From the NCBI GenBank assembly GCA_030295235.1, contig AP026144.1:496001-560000 (forward strand): 64,000 nt of DNA, read 5' to 3'. Positions 22,670 through 33,543 of the stretch are shown one piece after another; position 1 is the first letter of the stretch; each line of letters starts with the position of its first letter. The notes under the pieces were generated by a model, which searched no databases, was not told the origin of the DNA, and was given only the letters and a program-made list of their open reading frames with translations. The translations under genes were made by a program, and so were the position numbers. Source of the DNA: Fistulifera solaris. Lineage: Eukaryota.

Positions 22670-23573
22670 GATGAGTAACTTGTCCTGTTTATCTTAGACG
22701 CTTGAGGGTGTGAAAAGATCTGATTTATTGCGCATTGATAAAACATATACTTTTCAGGTGAGGCAAAAAGTGATGCGATTCTTCACGTCCATCACATGGC
22801 AACATATCGCATTTCGTGCTTTTCACGATATTTGTGTGCAGAGGGTGCGGCCATTATGGAAGCTAAAAAAATAAAAAGCTACAGACTACACATTGGGATT
22901 ATACAGACTTTTCTTCCATTTACCTTTCCTTCAATCGTGCGCTTCGTGCTTTGCTCGTGCTGAGTGTGTGTCATAAAACTTCATCATGCATTCACTATTT
23001 GAAAAACCTGTACTATTTAGTAACGTAAGGACATCTCAGAGACATCAGCTATCGTTGAAAACAGTCTTTCAATTACTACGTAAGTAGGACGTGAATCAAC
23101 CGTCAACCGTGTGCCACGGCGCGGCACGTGACACGTGACTCGTGACGACTATTGACCAAATAATAAGGATCATGAATCATGAAGGAAAGCCTCTTTAGAT
23201 ACTCTAAATGAATCTCGTGATGAATCGTGAATTATTATCATCTTATGAATCACGTGCAAACTAGATCTATTTCAGCACCAGATCGATGCCGTTCGAGTTT
23301 GCAGTAAAAGTGTCTGTCGAGGGCCTCTGCACTCTGTATTCTTCCTAGTTCGGCTTCTCTACCTAGTCTTGAATCATTTTTTTCTCTGTGCTGTAGCTCT
23401 ATTGTCTTGTATAAATGAAAATTCTAGCAGCAGTGGAATCGCAAATATTCACATTAGGTTACGACTACATCTCATGGCTTCTCCATAATTCAAATATTAG
23501 CAAAGTGACATGATCGGTTCGAAGGTGAAGTAAGGACTGACTAGAACACGGAATCACCTATCCGCTTCGTGTA

Positions 23574-25273
23574 TCACCAATTATTGCGATTGACATTCCC
23601 TTCTGTTTCATTTTCATCGTCATTTAAAATGCATTGCACAGTATCCGCTGAGATTTCTTGGAAAATCGATAGACCACGGGTATGCTGACGTTTCGATTTG
23701 GGTTTGATCTCCTTGCAAACAACGCCGCTCGCCAGATCGAGCTTTGCAGCTGTGGCCTTGTCATGATGCTTCTTGCACATGCCGCCGAGAATTGCTTGTT
23801 TGCTGCAGTTATCAACTAAACAAACGCGCTTCTTTGCACCATGGGAAATGCACTTGCCACCTTGTACAGCCACTTTATCACAACCTTCAGCATCGCAGCG
23901 TTTTCTTGCCGGTCCATGCGTACTGCAAAGCCCCGCTTTCTTCACATTCTTGTCACACCCTGGGTGCTTGCACGTCTTGCGCTTTGCGCCGTGCGTAATA
24001 CACAGACCTCCTTGAACGACACGATTGGCGCAGCCTTCGACCGAGCACTTGCGACGCACGCGTTTGCTGGTACCTCCGGTGGCCAATTTCGCCTCGGATC
24101 GTACTGCCATGGGTCCAGGTACTCCCAGCTCCGTAGCAACCTCGGCATCTGCGGCTTGGAGATTGCGCAAAAGGTATCATCCACATCGCCCATCGAGTCG
24201 AGAAATGAAATTGACGAGGAAGTAGCACGATGATGGCCAACCTTGAGAGGATGCATACTTGCTGGTGGTTCATTTCCATTGAAGAGAGCAGGACCAAAGA
24301 GTGCACTTAGACTGATTGACGACAACTTTCGATGGTGTGCTCCGGAGTTAGGTTGCTGTGAGTTTTCTCCGTTGGCCACACCCACTGCTGGTGCAACTAG
24401 CTGGTTACTTGCGCTGTGAAGTCGAGCGTCTGCAGGCCTCTCCAGTATCTCCATCGAACCGCGCCTTTCCTCCATACGAGGATGGGCCTCACTTGGAGGA
24501 TAAGCATACGGGGCCATGGGGCGACCCGGCATACCAGAGAAATAGGGAGCTCCCGTCGGCATGGGGTAAGCGGCAAAGTGTGATACTGGCGCGTATGGCA
24601 TTACAGGGTGCGGCCCAGCATGTCGCAATTGGGATAGATGCATACGGTAGGGGTCCGCCATTTGTGGTTGTGAAAGAGGATGCTGCTTGTAGGCAACCGC
24701 GTCGAATTCCTCCTTCCCAAGACCCGCGGAAGCAGCGGCTGAAAGCATATCTAAACCTCCACTATCGACACGGTGATGCTGGCGAGTTCTGCTTGTTTTC
24801 TGATCTATAGGCACAGCCTTTCCCTTCGAGTTGATACGGCGATGAGAAATCGGAGGCTCAAATTGGCTGCTTGGATGCGAAAGCATGTGCTTACGGCTAC
24901 CTTCGATGGTTGGATCACTATAGGACCCAAGTACCGTGACATTGCGCTCGTTCATCATTTGTTGCGGATCGTGCATATGTATATTGATGGGACGCGACGT
25001 AGACCTGACGGGAGAAGACCTTTGATAATGCGCATCACCGAAAGAAGGTTGAATGATAACAGCCGAGCCGGGATCCATTTTTGAGATTGGTTCTCTCGCA
25101 GATTCGGAAGGATGCATATTTCTCAATGAACCTTGAATATCATTTAAATGGGAGGGCATGTGGATCATAATGTTTTCACAAGGGCTGAATAGTTGTAGAA
25201 CTGTAGTTCCCACGAGTATTGCACTTTCAAATTTCTGATGGTCGGAGTTCATTGTTTGGAAATGAGATAGCAA
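23574..25273 (-). CDS. Protein with C-terminal WRKY19-like Cx4C..GGxCxxHG repeats (start uncertain)
   Basis: Four repeats: CSVEGC..VQGGLCITHG, CKHPGC..AGLCSTHG, CDAEGC..VQGGKCISHG and CLVDNC..GGMCKKH. Fused to the upstream 443-aa ORF through a T-run frameshift at ~24170. Confidence 0.8.
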
Positions 25274-26159
25274 TAGAAAGGGAAGCTAGGTTAGTTTCCA
25301 CGGTGAAGTAAGCACTTTGCTTGTCGCATTAGTCAAGGGTTCAATAAAGCAATGTTTCAAAGGCGTGGAGTTGAACATGCACAGTGAAATGCACCTCATT
25401 CTTCAAATATTTTTGTTGCATCATGTCAACGTTTTCAAGCAAAAGGAGTCCCGAGTCATTTCGGAATCCATCACTATCGTTGATTAACTGAAAATTCTTG
25501 ACATCGCACCAATTTTCTGACGTCAAACACACGTTTAAAAACGTGCATCAACATCACCACAAGCAACAACACGTCCGTTTCACAGCCATGGGCGACAGCG
25601 AGCGACGTCACGAACGGTATGGTTGCTTGTTGATTAATTCAACAGTGAAAATAATTTCAAGATTGATTTCAGCGCCGCGACGACCAAGACAAATGGCTTA
25701 CCTTGAAAGGAAAAAGATGAGTGAGGAGGAAAGACAACAAAAATTTGACTTTCTCTTGTGATGATTGTGAGACATGAATGTCCAGCTACTCCGATTGTGC
25801 TGCGATACTCCGAGGTTGCAGCAAGCTCGCTGCTGGCTGCTGGTCGCAGTGTTTCATTCGCAGTTGAATTGAGGCGCGTGCACGAGTACCGGTATGATGA
25901 GTTAATAGTACAATGCAAAAGTATAGCAATATATAAGAGACAGGGCTGCGAATAGTACCCGTTCTGCTGGCGTGGTTGAGGTGATAACTAAAGTACACTC
26001 GTCGTGACAACCAGTGTTGATATCGGAGTTCGATCGAAATTTTTCAGTTTTCCATATTATCTTCCTTAGCTAGGGTTTAACATATCTTAGGTTAGTTCGT
26101 CGTAGGCTATTAACAGCAAAAAATTTCTATCCAGACTTCAAATCTTTATCCCCCGTTGG

Positions 26160-27452
26160 CTAATGCTCACTTCTCAAGTTGAATTGCATTCCTATAGTAG
26201 CATCGTCAATAAGGGCCGGTAAGCGAAGATTTCCTCCATCATCCTGATGTCTAAAGAGCACCAAATCAACCATTCTTCTTCCAAATTTCGAGGCCAAGTT
26301 CTGGTGCGAAAGCTTAACCCAATCATCTATTGTCCAGTCTCGACACATGCCGGTAACTGGCACAGCGGGCGGTTCCTTTCTTTCCACCAAGGGGCTTTCT
26401 GAGTAGCACAGCATTCGCTCGTCACGAGTACTTTGCGTTTCCCCCCTCGGAAGACAAAGAGCAGACCCTTGGCTCTGGATATTACTTTGGGAACTTATGT
26501 CGAGCGGCAAGGATCCGTTGGAAGGTGTAGGGCTTGTCCTGAGGTCATTGTCGGCCAAGTCGGAAATGAATAGCTGGCATGGTTGAAGCGGTGGCTTGAT
26601 ATTCGTTCTCCAGCTTGAATCCAACGTATCTTTGGTTTTGAATTGATTATGCGGTGTGATGAGACTTCTCTGTGCGTTAAATGCATCTTCTTCTTCTTGG
26701 GTGTCCAATTTATCCCCACCCGACGAGCCGCTTTGGTCGATAGAACTAGAAGGAGATTGGCGCAATTGCATGGTTACTCGCGTTTTATGATTGGTGATGA
26801 AACTGTTCTGATCGTGCGCGCAAGGCCTGCGATAACTTTTCTCGTTCGAAGCAATACCATCCATAATAAATTCCAGAGAATCTTCCCCGCCTTTGTCAGA
26901 GTGAAAAAGTCGCCTACGCGTTTGCGAGACGTGTCCTTCATCTCCTATTACTACAGAGGAGCGATCCGGCGTGACAACTGGGCGCATTCCAATGTTGAAT
27001 TTCATCCAAGGCTCCTCGGGTTGTTTCAGAAAATCGCCAATCATCATAACATAGCTTTCACCGCAATCTAATCGTTTCATACTTGTAAAGTGCACACCAC
27101 CATGTAACCAGAGTATTATTTCAGAATGCTTGGCATGTAAATCGACATTTCCGGAAGCATCAATGGTGAGGATTTCTCGAGAAAGGAGTTCTCTGTGACT
27201 CTTACGCCTGACAGGAGAGCAGTATCGCTCGCACGGTGTTGATTCGGGGCGCTCAGCGTGGCAGGCCTGTGGACAATATTTCCACCAGAGTTCTACCAGA
27301 TTGCGTCGTCCCAAAGTACAGGGAAGTGATAAAGTTAACCCCTTATCCACGACATCGCTGGTACATCCGAAATAAATAGGAGCGATGCGAACTTTTGCAA
27401 CGAAATTGTCACTTCGACTTTCGTCTCTCCGCCTCTTTCGAACCTCGCTCAT
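26160..27452 (-). CDS. Hypothetical protein
   Basis: Long ORF; likely start MSEVRKRRRDES at 27452. No family recognised. Confidence 0.6.
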   Translation of the reverse strand: MSEVRKRRRDESRSDNFVAKVRIAPIYFGCTSDVVDKGLTLSLPCTLGRRNLVELWWKYCPQACHAERPESTPCERYCSPVRRKSHRELLSREILTIDASGNVDLHAKHSEIILWLHGGVHFTSMKRLDCGESYVMMIGDFLKQPEEPWMKFNIGMRPVVTPDRSSVVIGDEGHVSQTRRRLFHSDKGGEDSLEFIMDGIASNEKSYRRPCAHDQNSFITNHKTRVTMQLRQSPSSSIDQSGSSGGDKLDTQEEEDAFNAQRSLITPHNQFKTKDTLDSSWRTNIKPPLQPCQLFISDLADNDLRTSPTPSNGSLPLDISSQSNIQSQGSALCLPRGETQSTRDERMLCYSESPLVERKEPPAVPVTGMCRDWTIDDWVKLSHQNLASKFGRRMVDLVLFRHQDDGGNLRLPALIDDATIGMQFNLRSEH

Positions 27453-27765
27453 AACTCGCGAGATTCTTTGATACAGGCAAGAGTGTGATTTGAATCCACA
27501 ACAATGCAGCCAAGATGCAATGTAGTTGCAATAAACGCAATCCACAAACAACGAAAAAAAACGCGCGACACACAAAAAATCTGTCCGAAACATAGGTCCG
27601 AAACGGCGAGGCGGATAATGCAGAATCAAGCTCACTAAGGTTAGCGAATACATTACACGTTAGCTTTAAGACGCTAATGCTATCCCAAAAAAATAGCCTG
27701 ATGATTTGTGTTAAATTTCACGTCGCATGCGCGTGAGATGTTCAGAGCGTTTCTTCTTATGTACA

Positions 27766-28416
27766 TTACCTCCGTCTCCGTCGACGCAAAACACCATCAA
27801 TGCCATTGCCAACTCCATCCCCAGCTTCCAAACGTAAAACATCTCGAGCATCGCCACCTGATTTGACCGAGTTTGTGACCATCCGCGCCAGCGTCCACAT
27901 TCCTCCGTCACGATCGAGTCCCCCGCCGACTGTTTCTGTCATCTTGGCGACTTCTTTCATGGTGGCCGCATCCATGAATGGAAGATCGTGCCCTGTTTCT
28001 TGCTTGAACCAGTCTTCAAAATCATCCGAGTCTTTGTCGGCCTCGGATCGCAGTATAGCCGAACCATTCGGACCCTCCACAATTTGTTCAAATGCTTCGC
28101 GGGCGGCAATGAAAATATCGCGACTGTTCGCCATACTCTCTTCGTCCTTTTTCGACATGGTATCAGGGTGGTGTTCCATGGCGATTCGTAAAAATGTCTT
28201 TTTCACATCCTTGAAAAGAATAGAGTCTTTCCGCTCGGTCACCGCTATTCCCAATATTTGAAAGGGGTCAGTTTGTTTCTTTTTCTTTCGGAGTTTGTGG
28301 TATTGTTGATTTCTATAGGACGAGAAGGACACTGCTGGCGGATAGTAACATAGAGGAGGCGGAGCGCGGAGTGTCGCTGTTCGAACAATTAGCCTAGTGA
28401 TTGTGTGCGGCGGCAT
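27766..28416 (-). CDS. DnaJ-domain protein, probably mitochondrial
   Basis: DPFQILGI..DVKKTFLRIAMEHHPD..FIAAREAFEQI J-domain with HPD motif; Arg-rich presequence-like N-terminus. Confidence 0.85.
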   Translation of the reverse strand: MPPHTITRLIVRTATLRAPPPLCYYPPAVSFSSYRNQQYHKLRKKKKQTDPFQILGIAVTERKDSILFKDVKKTFLRIAMEHHPDTMSKKDEESMANSRDIFIAAREAFEQIVEGPNGSAILRSEADKDSDDFEDWFKQETGHDLPFMDAATMKEVAKMTETVGGGLDRDGGMWTLARMVTNSVKSGGDARDVLRLEAGDGVGNGIDGVLRRRRRR

Positions 28417-28762
28417 CTTTGAATAAACATATGATCGTTACTTCTGATATCGATTGACAGAGGCTCAGAGTCGATATGTGCAAGCAACAGAAACAGTATA
28501 ACGTATTTGTAGCTTTTGTAGTTTGTAGACAACAATAATGCGGTCGCAACCGAACGGTGCGTTCCGCTAAGGTTAGAGGTCTTGAGCAGGCCACAAACAA
28601 TTCTCGCTATTTGTAATGCTGCGGCGATCCCATTCTTCCTACTCCGTAATAAAAAAGTCACAGCATTGCTCGTTCGTTGGACTTTCCTCACACGACAAGA
28701 ACATAGCAATACCTAAACATGTAAATGCGATCGAATATCTATGTTTAACTATTATTGCTAAA

Positions 28763-29938
28763 TCACAGTAGAAACCCAGCCAAGATCGCCATACCAAACA
28801 AAAGGACAGTTAGTAGTAGAAAAACACCGTCCGAGGGATCTGCTCCCTCTATTAAGCTGTGAGTGGGTTGGGCATTTGCATGATCGTCCTTTGCTTTCTG
28901 TTGTTTTTCACTTGCTCGATAATCGATGCCCGTGGCTCTCTGGTATGCTTCCAGCGAGAACCGGGGCATCTCATAGTCAATAGGATACGCAACGACGTCT
29001 TTAGTATGTCTCTTGGAAGGAATATGCTTGTTGACCCAGAAATCTGACATGACGACCTGATCCGCCTTCCGAACGGCCAATTTGTCGCTGATGCCAATGT
29101 GTGCTCTTTGCTGTTCAAATGGAAACGGATCCACCATGGCTTGCCGAAGAGTCATTTTTCCCCAGTTTGTGTTATCCTTATTACGAAGAAACTCATGAAA
29201 CGCATAAGTGTACCGTTCGATTACGGAAAGTCCTAGATTTTCGTCCGCGTGATGCGCATAGGAGCTTTCTTTACGGAGGGAACTCCCAATCACTGTAATA
29301 TTCGGGCTTATGAATGCATCTCCTAATGTAAAAGCTTGGCAAGTGTCAGCAACGAATAAAATCTCGTGATACCGCTTTGCTGCGTGCATTTGCTGAAAGA
29401 CGGCCGACAAATGTTGTGTCATGATTTCCTCCACATCTTGAAACTTGAAAAACTGATCCCCACCGTGTCCCGTCAAGTAAATGAGTATATTGCTCTTTTC
29501 GTCGGTATTCAACACCGGTAAACCGGCGGTATGGTGTCCCGTTAATGCGTGCACCAAGTTGGATACGGTCACGTCTTCCCCTCGGTAATCCACTTCCGTC
29601 GACGCGTCGTACAACGACGGTCCTTCGGGTGTCGTCAAAATACGATTTTTGAAAACATTTCGTGGATTAACCGCATATTCGTCGGCCAACATGAGTATAA
29701 TATTTTCATCACGGAAACCGTTTTCTTTCAAGAACTGGTAAATGGTCAAGGCGTTGGCGTTGTGTCGGTAATTGAACCAATATCGTGACGAGCTGACAAT
29801 TACGGCATGATTGGAAGTGTGTTGTGCGCAAGAGCTGACGAGAAGCGATAGCAAGTGAACGAAAATCTTCAGTAATAATGTCAATTCTTTCATCATCACT
29901 ACCTTGACGAGAACATGAACACCAAAAGGGCGCCTCAT
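28763..29938 (-). CDS. GPI8: GPI-anchor transamidase catalytic subunit (peptidase C13)
   Basis: HTSNHAVIVSSSRYWFNYRH, EVDYRGEDVTV, LTGHGGDQFFKFQD and ADTCQA; signal peptide and C-terminal TM. Confidence 0.95.
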   Translation of the reverse strand: MRRPFGVHVLVKVVMMKELTLLLKIFVHLLSLLVSSCAQHTSNHAVIVSSSRYWFNYRHNANALTIYQFLKENGFRDENIILMLADEYAVNPRNVFKNRILTTPEGPSLYDASTEVDYRGEDVTVSNLVHALTGHHTAGLPVLNTDEKSNILIYLTGHGGDQFFKFQDVEEIMTQHLSAVFQQMHAAKRYHEILFVADTCQAFTLGDAFISPNITVIGSSLRKESSYAHHADENLGLSVIERYTYAFHEFLRNKDNTNWGKMTLRQAMVDPFPFEQQRAHIGISDKLAVRKADQVVMSDFWVNKHIPSKRHTKDVVAYPIDYEMPRFSLEAYQRATGIDYRASEKQQKAKDDHANAQPTHSLIEGADPSDGVFLLLTVLLFGMAILAGFLL

Positions 29939-30550
29939 TTTGTCATGACATGATAATATAGCAGCAAAATGGAGAAAACTTTGTATCGTTACGAAAAAGG
30001 AGTTTGTGCTACCCCTATAAGGTTAGTGTCTTTCTCTGTTATTACCGCAACCACAAGGTACAAAGTACCTGGTCGAAACCCATGACTCATGACTGCTTTT
30101 CAGTCGTGAGCGAGTCGTGATTACCGCCACAAAAAAGATCGAAAGAACGCATGTTTGCTCTCTAGGTCGTCATTTTCTATGTTTTTATCACTATTCTTCT
30201 CTGGTTGAAGCAAGCTGACTTTGAGCTGCATACGAAAAAGGCATTTGAATGTTATATTTTATCCTTCTGTTTTTAATCGGAATTTCGGATCAGGCCTTGG
30301 TAGCATTCTTCTCATGACTGATTTTCATTCGTGAGTCATCAGCCTCATAACGTCATAACAACGATTTTTCTCATTTGAAGCTTTTTCACCTCCAGTACTA
30401 GGTATCCAGCATCCAGCATCCTTTTGCCACCTTCACAAATCGACCGGCCTACTAGTAACAATGCAGTATGCAACAGGAATGAGCGACGGTCCATCTTTAT
30501 CGAATCAAACTTTCCCAATACAAGTTCATTGCGGTTTCTTACAAACAAAA

Positions 30551-31399
30551 ATGATGAAAAGTCGTCGCCTCGCAATTGCCCGCCTCATTCTTCTTGAGTG
30601 TCTCCTACACCCTGTGACATCCATCACTGTGCACGAATATGCGGCTCGTCCTATCGTTCAAAAAGCTCTGGCATCTCCACAACGACCGGAATCCGTCTTG
30701 TCCTTCTTCTTTGCGGGTGTCGATTACAACGATGCTGCACAAGTCGATGACATTCTACGGAATGGAGCGTGTTTGCAAATTATGCAACCTTTGTGGTGGA
30801 CGGGTGACCCAGAATACGATGCACTCTGCCGAGGCTTCTCCGAAACGGTGCGGCAAGTAGGGAAAACGGGATCGTTCGGCAGCAGCAAGGACGATAGTGG
30901 TGTATTATCGCAAATAGACAAAACAATGAGTGAGCTGATACTGTGCGACCAATTATCGAGAAATTGCTCTCGTGGTGAAGCCGAAGCTTTTGCTTACGAA
31001 CCTATCGCCATTCAAGCAGCTCGATCAATAGCTGAAGAGGCACTTGGTTCCCTCAAAGTGGGATGTATAACAGACAAAGGAGAGATTTATCCACCCTATT
31101 TGTCGTTCTGTGCTACTGCTATGATGCATTCCGAATCACTAGCAGACCATGATTTGGCGGTAAAGGTGATAGAGTTAGGAAAGGCCTTTTCGCCAAGTCA
31201 AGTGAAGCGATTCTTTGAACTACAAATGGGTATGGAATTAGCGCACATGGATGTTATTAAGCGTTTCGGCCGGTTTCCCCACCGCAACGATGCACTTGGT
31301 AGGCAAAACACTAGCGAAGAAGCACTCTGGCTATCCGATTACGACAACTTGCCGGCTTGGGCCAAGTCTCAAATGAAGTCCTCGGGTAAAAAGTTATAG
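30551..31399 (+). CDS. DUF924 family protein
   Basis: LILCDQLSRN, HSESLADH and IKRFGRFPHRNDALGR..T.EE motifs; hydrophobic N-terminus. Confidence 0.88.
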   Translation: MMKSRRLAIARLILLECLLHPVTSITVHEYAARPIVQKALASPQRPESVLSFFFAGVDYNDAAQVDDILRNGACLQIMQPLWWTGDPEYDALCRGFSETVRQVGKTGSFGSSKDDSGVLSQIDKTMSELILCDQLSRNCSRGEAEAFAYEPIAIQAARSIAEEALGSLKVGCITDKGEIYPPYLSFCATAMMHSESLADHDLAVKVIELGKAFSPSQVKRFFELQMGMELAHMDVIKRFGRFPHRNDALGRQNTSEEALWLSDYDNLPAWAKSQMKSSGKKL

Positions 31400-31609
31400 G
31401 ATCTTCTTTGCATACACGTTTCATTAATGGAATGATCCTTCGAAGCAGTCCAGCTAAAATTTTCCATTACCGAGGATTACCTGAAGTTGTTTTTAAAATG
31501 CGTTAAAGCTTCCCCGAGGAAGCCGATTACCTACTGTCAATCGACACAAATATATGCTCCCAATTCTTCTGCACGAATGCTCCGTTTTTCGTTTTCCGAG
31601 TCCGTGTGC

Positions 31610-32098
31610 TTATAGACACAAGCCGGCAACAGCCAAGACAAGCCCAGCACATGACGACACAATAGAGGAGGAAGAAGAAGTTGAAAGAGCGACGGGAGTG
31701 GCGGTAGGAGTAGCCGTTCCTGTTTCGTCGCCAGTGCTTGGAGGAAGGGTGACCGCCGTTGGCACAGTGCCTGTGACAGGAGCGAGAGTCACTCAGGCGG
31801 AACCGGTGGCATGGAGGTATAGATGCCACCCGACGGAGGGTCCGAAACAAAATCACTTGGAAGGTCGCTGGGGATATCCGAGCCTATTTAATACGGCCGT
31901 AAACAGATTTGTAAGTATAAGGAGCAGAACATCATGACGAAATTGGCCATAGCACGACTTACCTTCAGCCATGGTAGGAGGCGGGCTAATGGTGGGGACA
32001 AGCGAGGGGAAGTCGCTCTCATCCTCTTGAAGATCACGGGAGCTGATAACTTCAGCGGAAACAGCAAGTAGCAAGAAAGGGAAAATGGAGAGCTTCAT
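31610..32098 (-). CDS. Small secreted Ser/Thr/Pro-rich protein, possibly GPI-anchored
   Basis: Signal peptide MKLSIFPFLLLAVSA, PS/PT repeats, intron ~31961-31884 and a hydrophobic C-terminus after a Ser run. Needs one frameshift near 31793. Confidence 0.6.
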
Positions 32099-33013
32099 GG
32101 TTAACGGTTTGTTGATTTTCTTCCGTTGCTGAATGAATGTGGCGAGCTGTTGGGGATTGGGGATCGGAAGAAGAAAAACTCGGTTGCGTTTGTATTCGGT
32201 CGAATGAGGAGTGAGTCGGAGTATAACTTACGGGTGGAGGGAAAGTCGACAAAATCGCTTTCCGTTAATAAGGTGCACCACTATGTAATCTTCTTTTCGA
32301 AATTTAAATACAAAATAAAGTAGCCAGCACCCTGCACGTCTTGCCTGGTGCGTTTCCTTTAGGGTCAATGTGGGTGCTCTACACTATCAAAAACTGGACG
32401 ATGCAAATTTTGTGTACACAGATTATGTAAGTATTCATAATGACCGATAGCTTGAGTAGTCCAAAATCCCCTAGAAAGAAATATGCCTTCTACGGATACT
32501 TAACTTCAAAGCGTTAAAATGGCGTTTTGCTTGGCGTTTCAGTAAAGAAGTCCCGCATTTACAAAATGGCTCCAGTGTTTTTCGAAAGCCGGCCCGGCAC
32601 CGGACATTTCAAGCATTCATTTCTTCGTTTTCGTTCTACGTGGAGACAACAAACGGATGACCACTGTTGCGAGCGTCATTGGTTTCTCTTTGGGACTGAT
32701 TTGCAAGGATTGCGTTCCGTGTTCCGTCCCGTGCCCATCGCGTGGAGTTTATTACGCGATATTTATTGGCTTGTTTCCCATGACACGTCTGGCTGTCATC
32801 CAGTAGCTTTACCTCGAATCTCTAATGAAGTCGATAGGACCGAACCCCAAAATGATAAAAAATCGAAACACAAAGTACCTGTATAGGTACCATCGATCGT
32901 TATCGATGTTTATCATCAAGCCCATATAGAAAAACGATTGCATTGTACCCATAATCACGTTCAACTCTTCCTTTTTAACTCGATTCTCCGATTCTCCGAT
33001 TCTCGATCACAAT

Positions 33014-33354
33014 ATGCTTGCTTCGTCCCTCATCCGGCAACGCTTGCTTGCTCCTCGTTACGCACGAACGGTAAGGATTCCTTTTTCTACAGCCCGAGAG
33101 TCCTCCCACAATGCGTCTTGTACTTACCCAAGCTCTTCATTACTCGACTTCAGGTAAAGGCCGCGGATTTCTCTACACAGACGCCGGTAGCGACGGCTAA
33201 TATCTTTCAGCGGATGTCTTCATTCTTGGTCGGAGCTGGTTTGTGCGCCCTGGCGACGCAATTCTATATATATCAGGAAATTCGCACGGGGAACGCGTTG
33301 ATGATTGCGAAGCAAGCGGAACTAGAAAAACGGCTTCGAAAGTTGGAAAAGTAA
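33014..33354 (+). CDS. Small single-TM protein, probably mitochondrial
   Basis: Exon 33014-33070 (MLASSLIRQRLLAPRYART), GT-AG intron 33071-33153, then an exon with a TM and short coiled coil. Confidence 0.7.
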
Positions 33355-33543
33355 GAAACGTCAAAGCCTATTCCATGCTGTATCTTTAGAGACTATGCCG
33401 GCAAAGTACTTCTTAAGCTGCGTAAATATGTTGGTAGAAGATTTCTATAGACAAATTTAACGATCCATCTTGCTTCGGTGATGGATAGTAGGACGGCGCG
33501 CCTTTATGCTTTATTTTGGTGTAGATGATAAATCACCTTTGTG

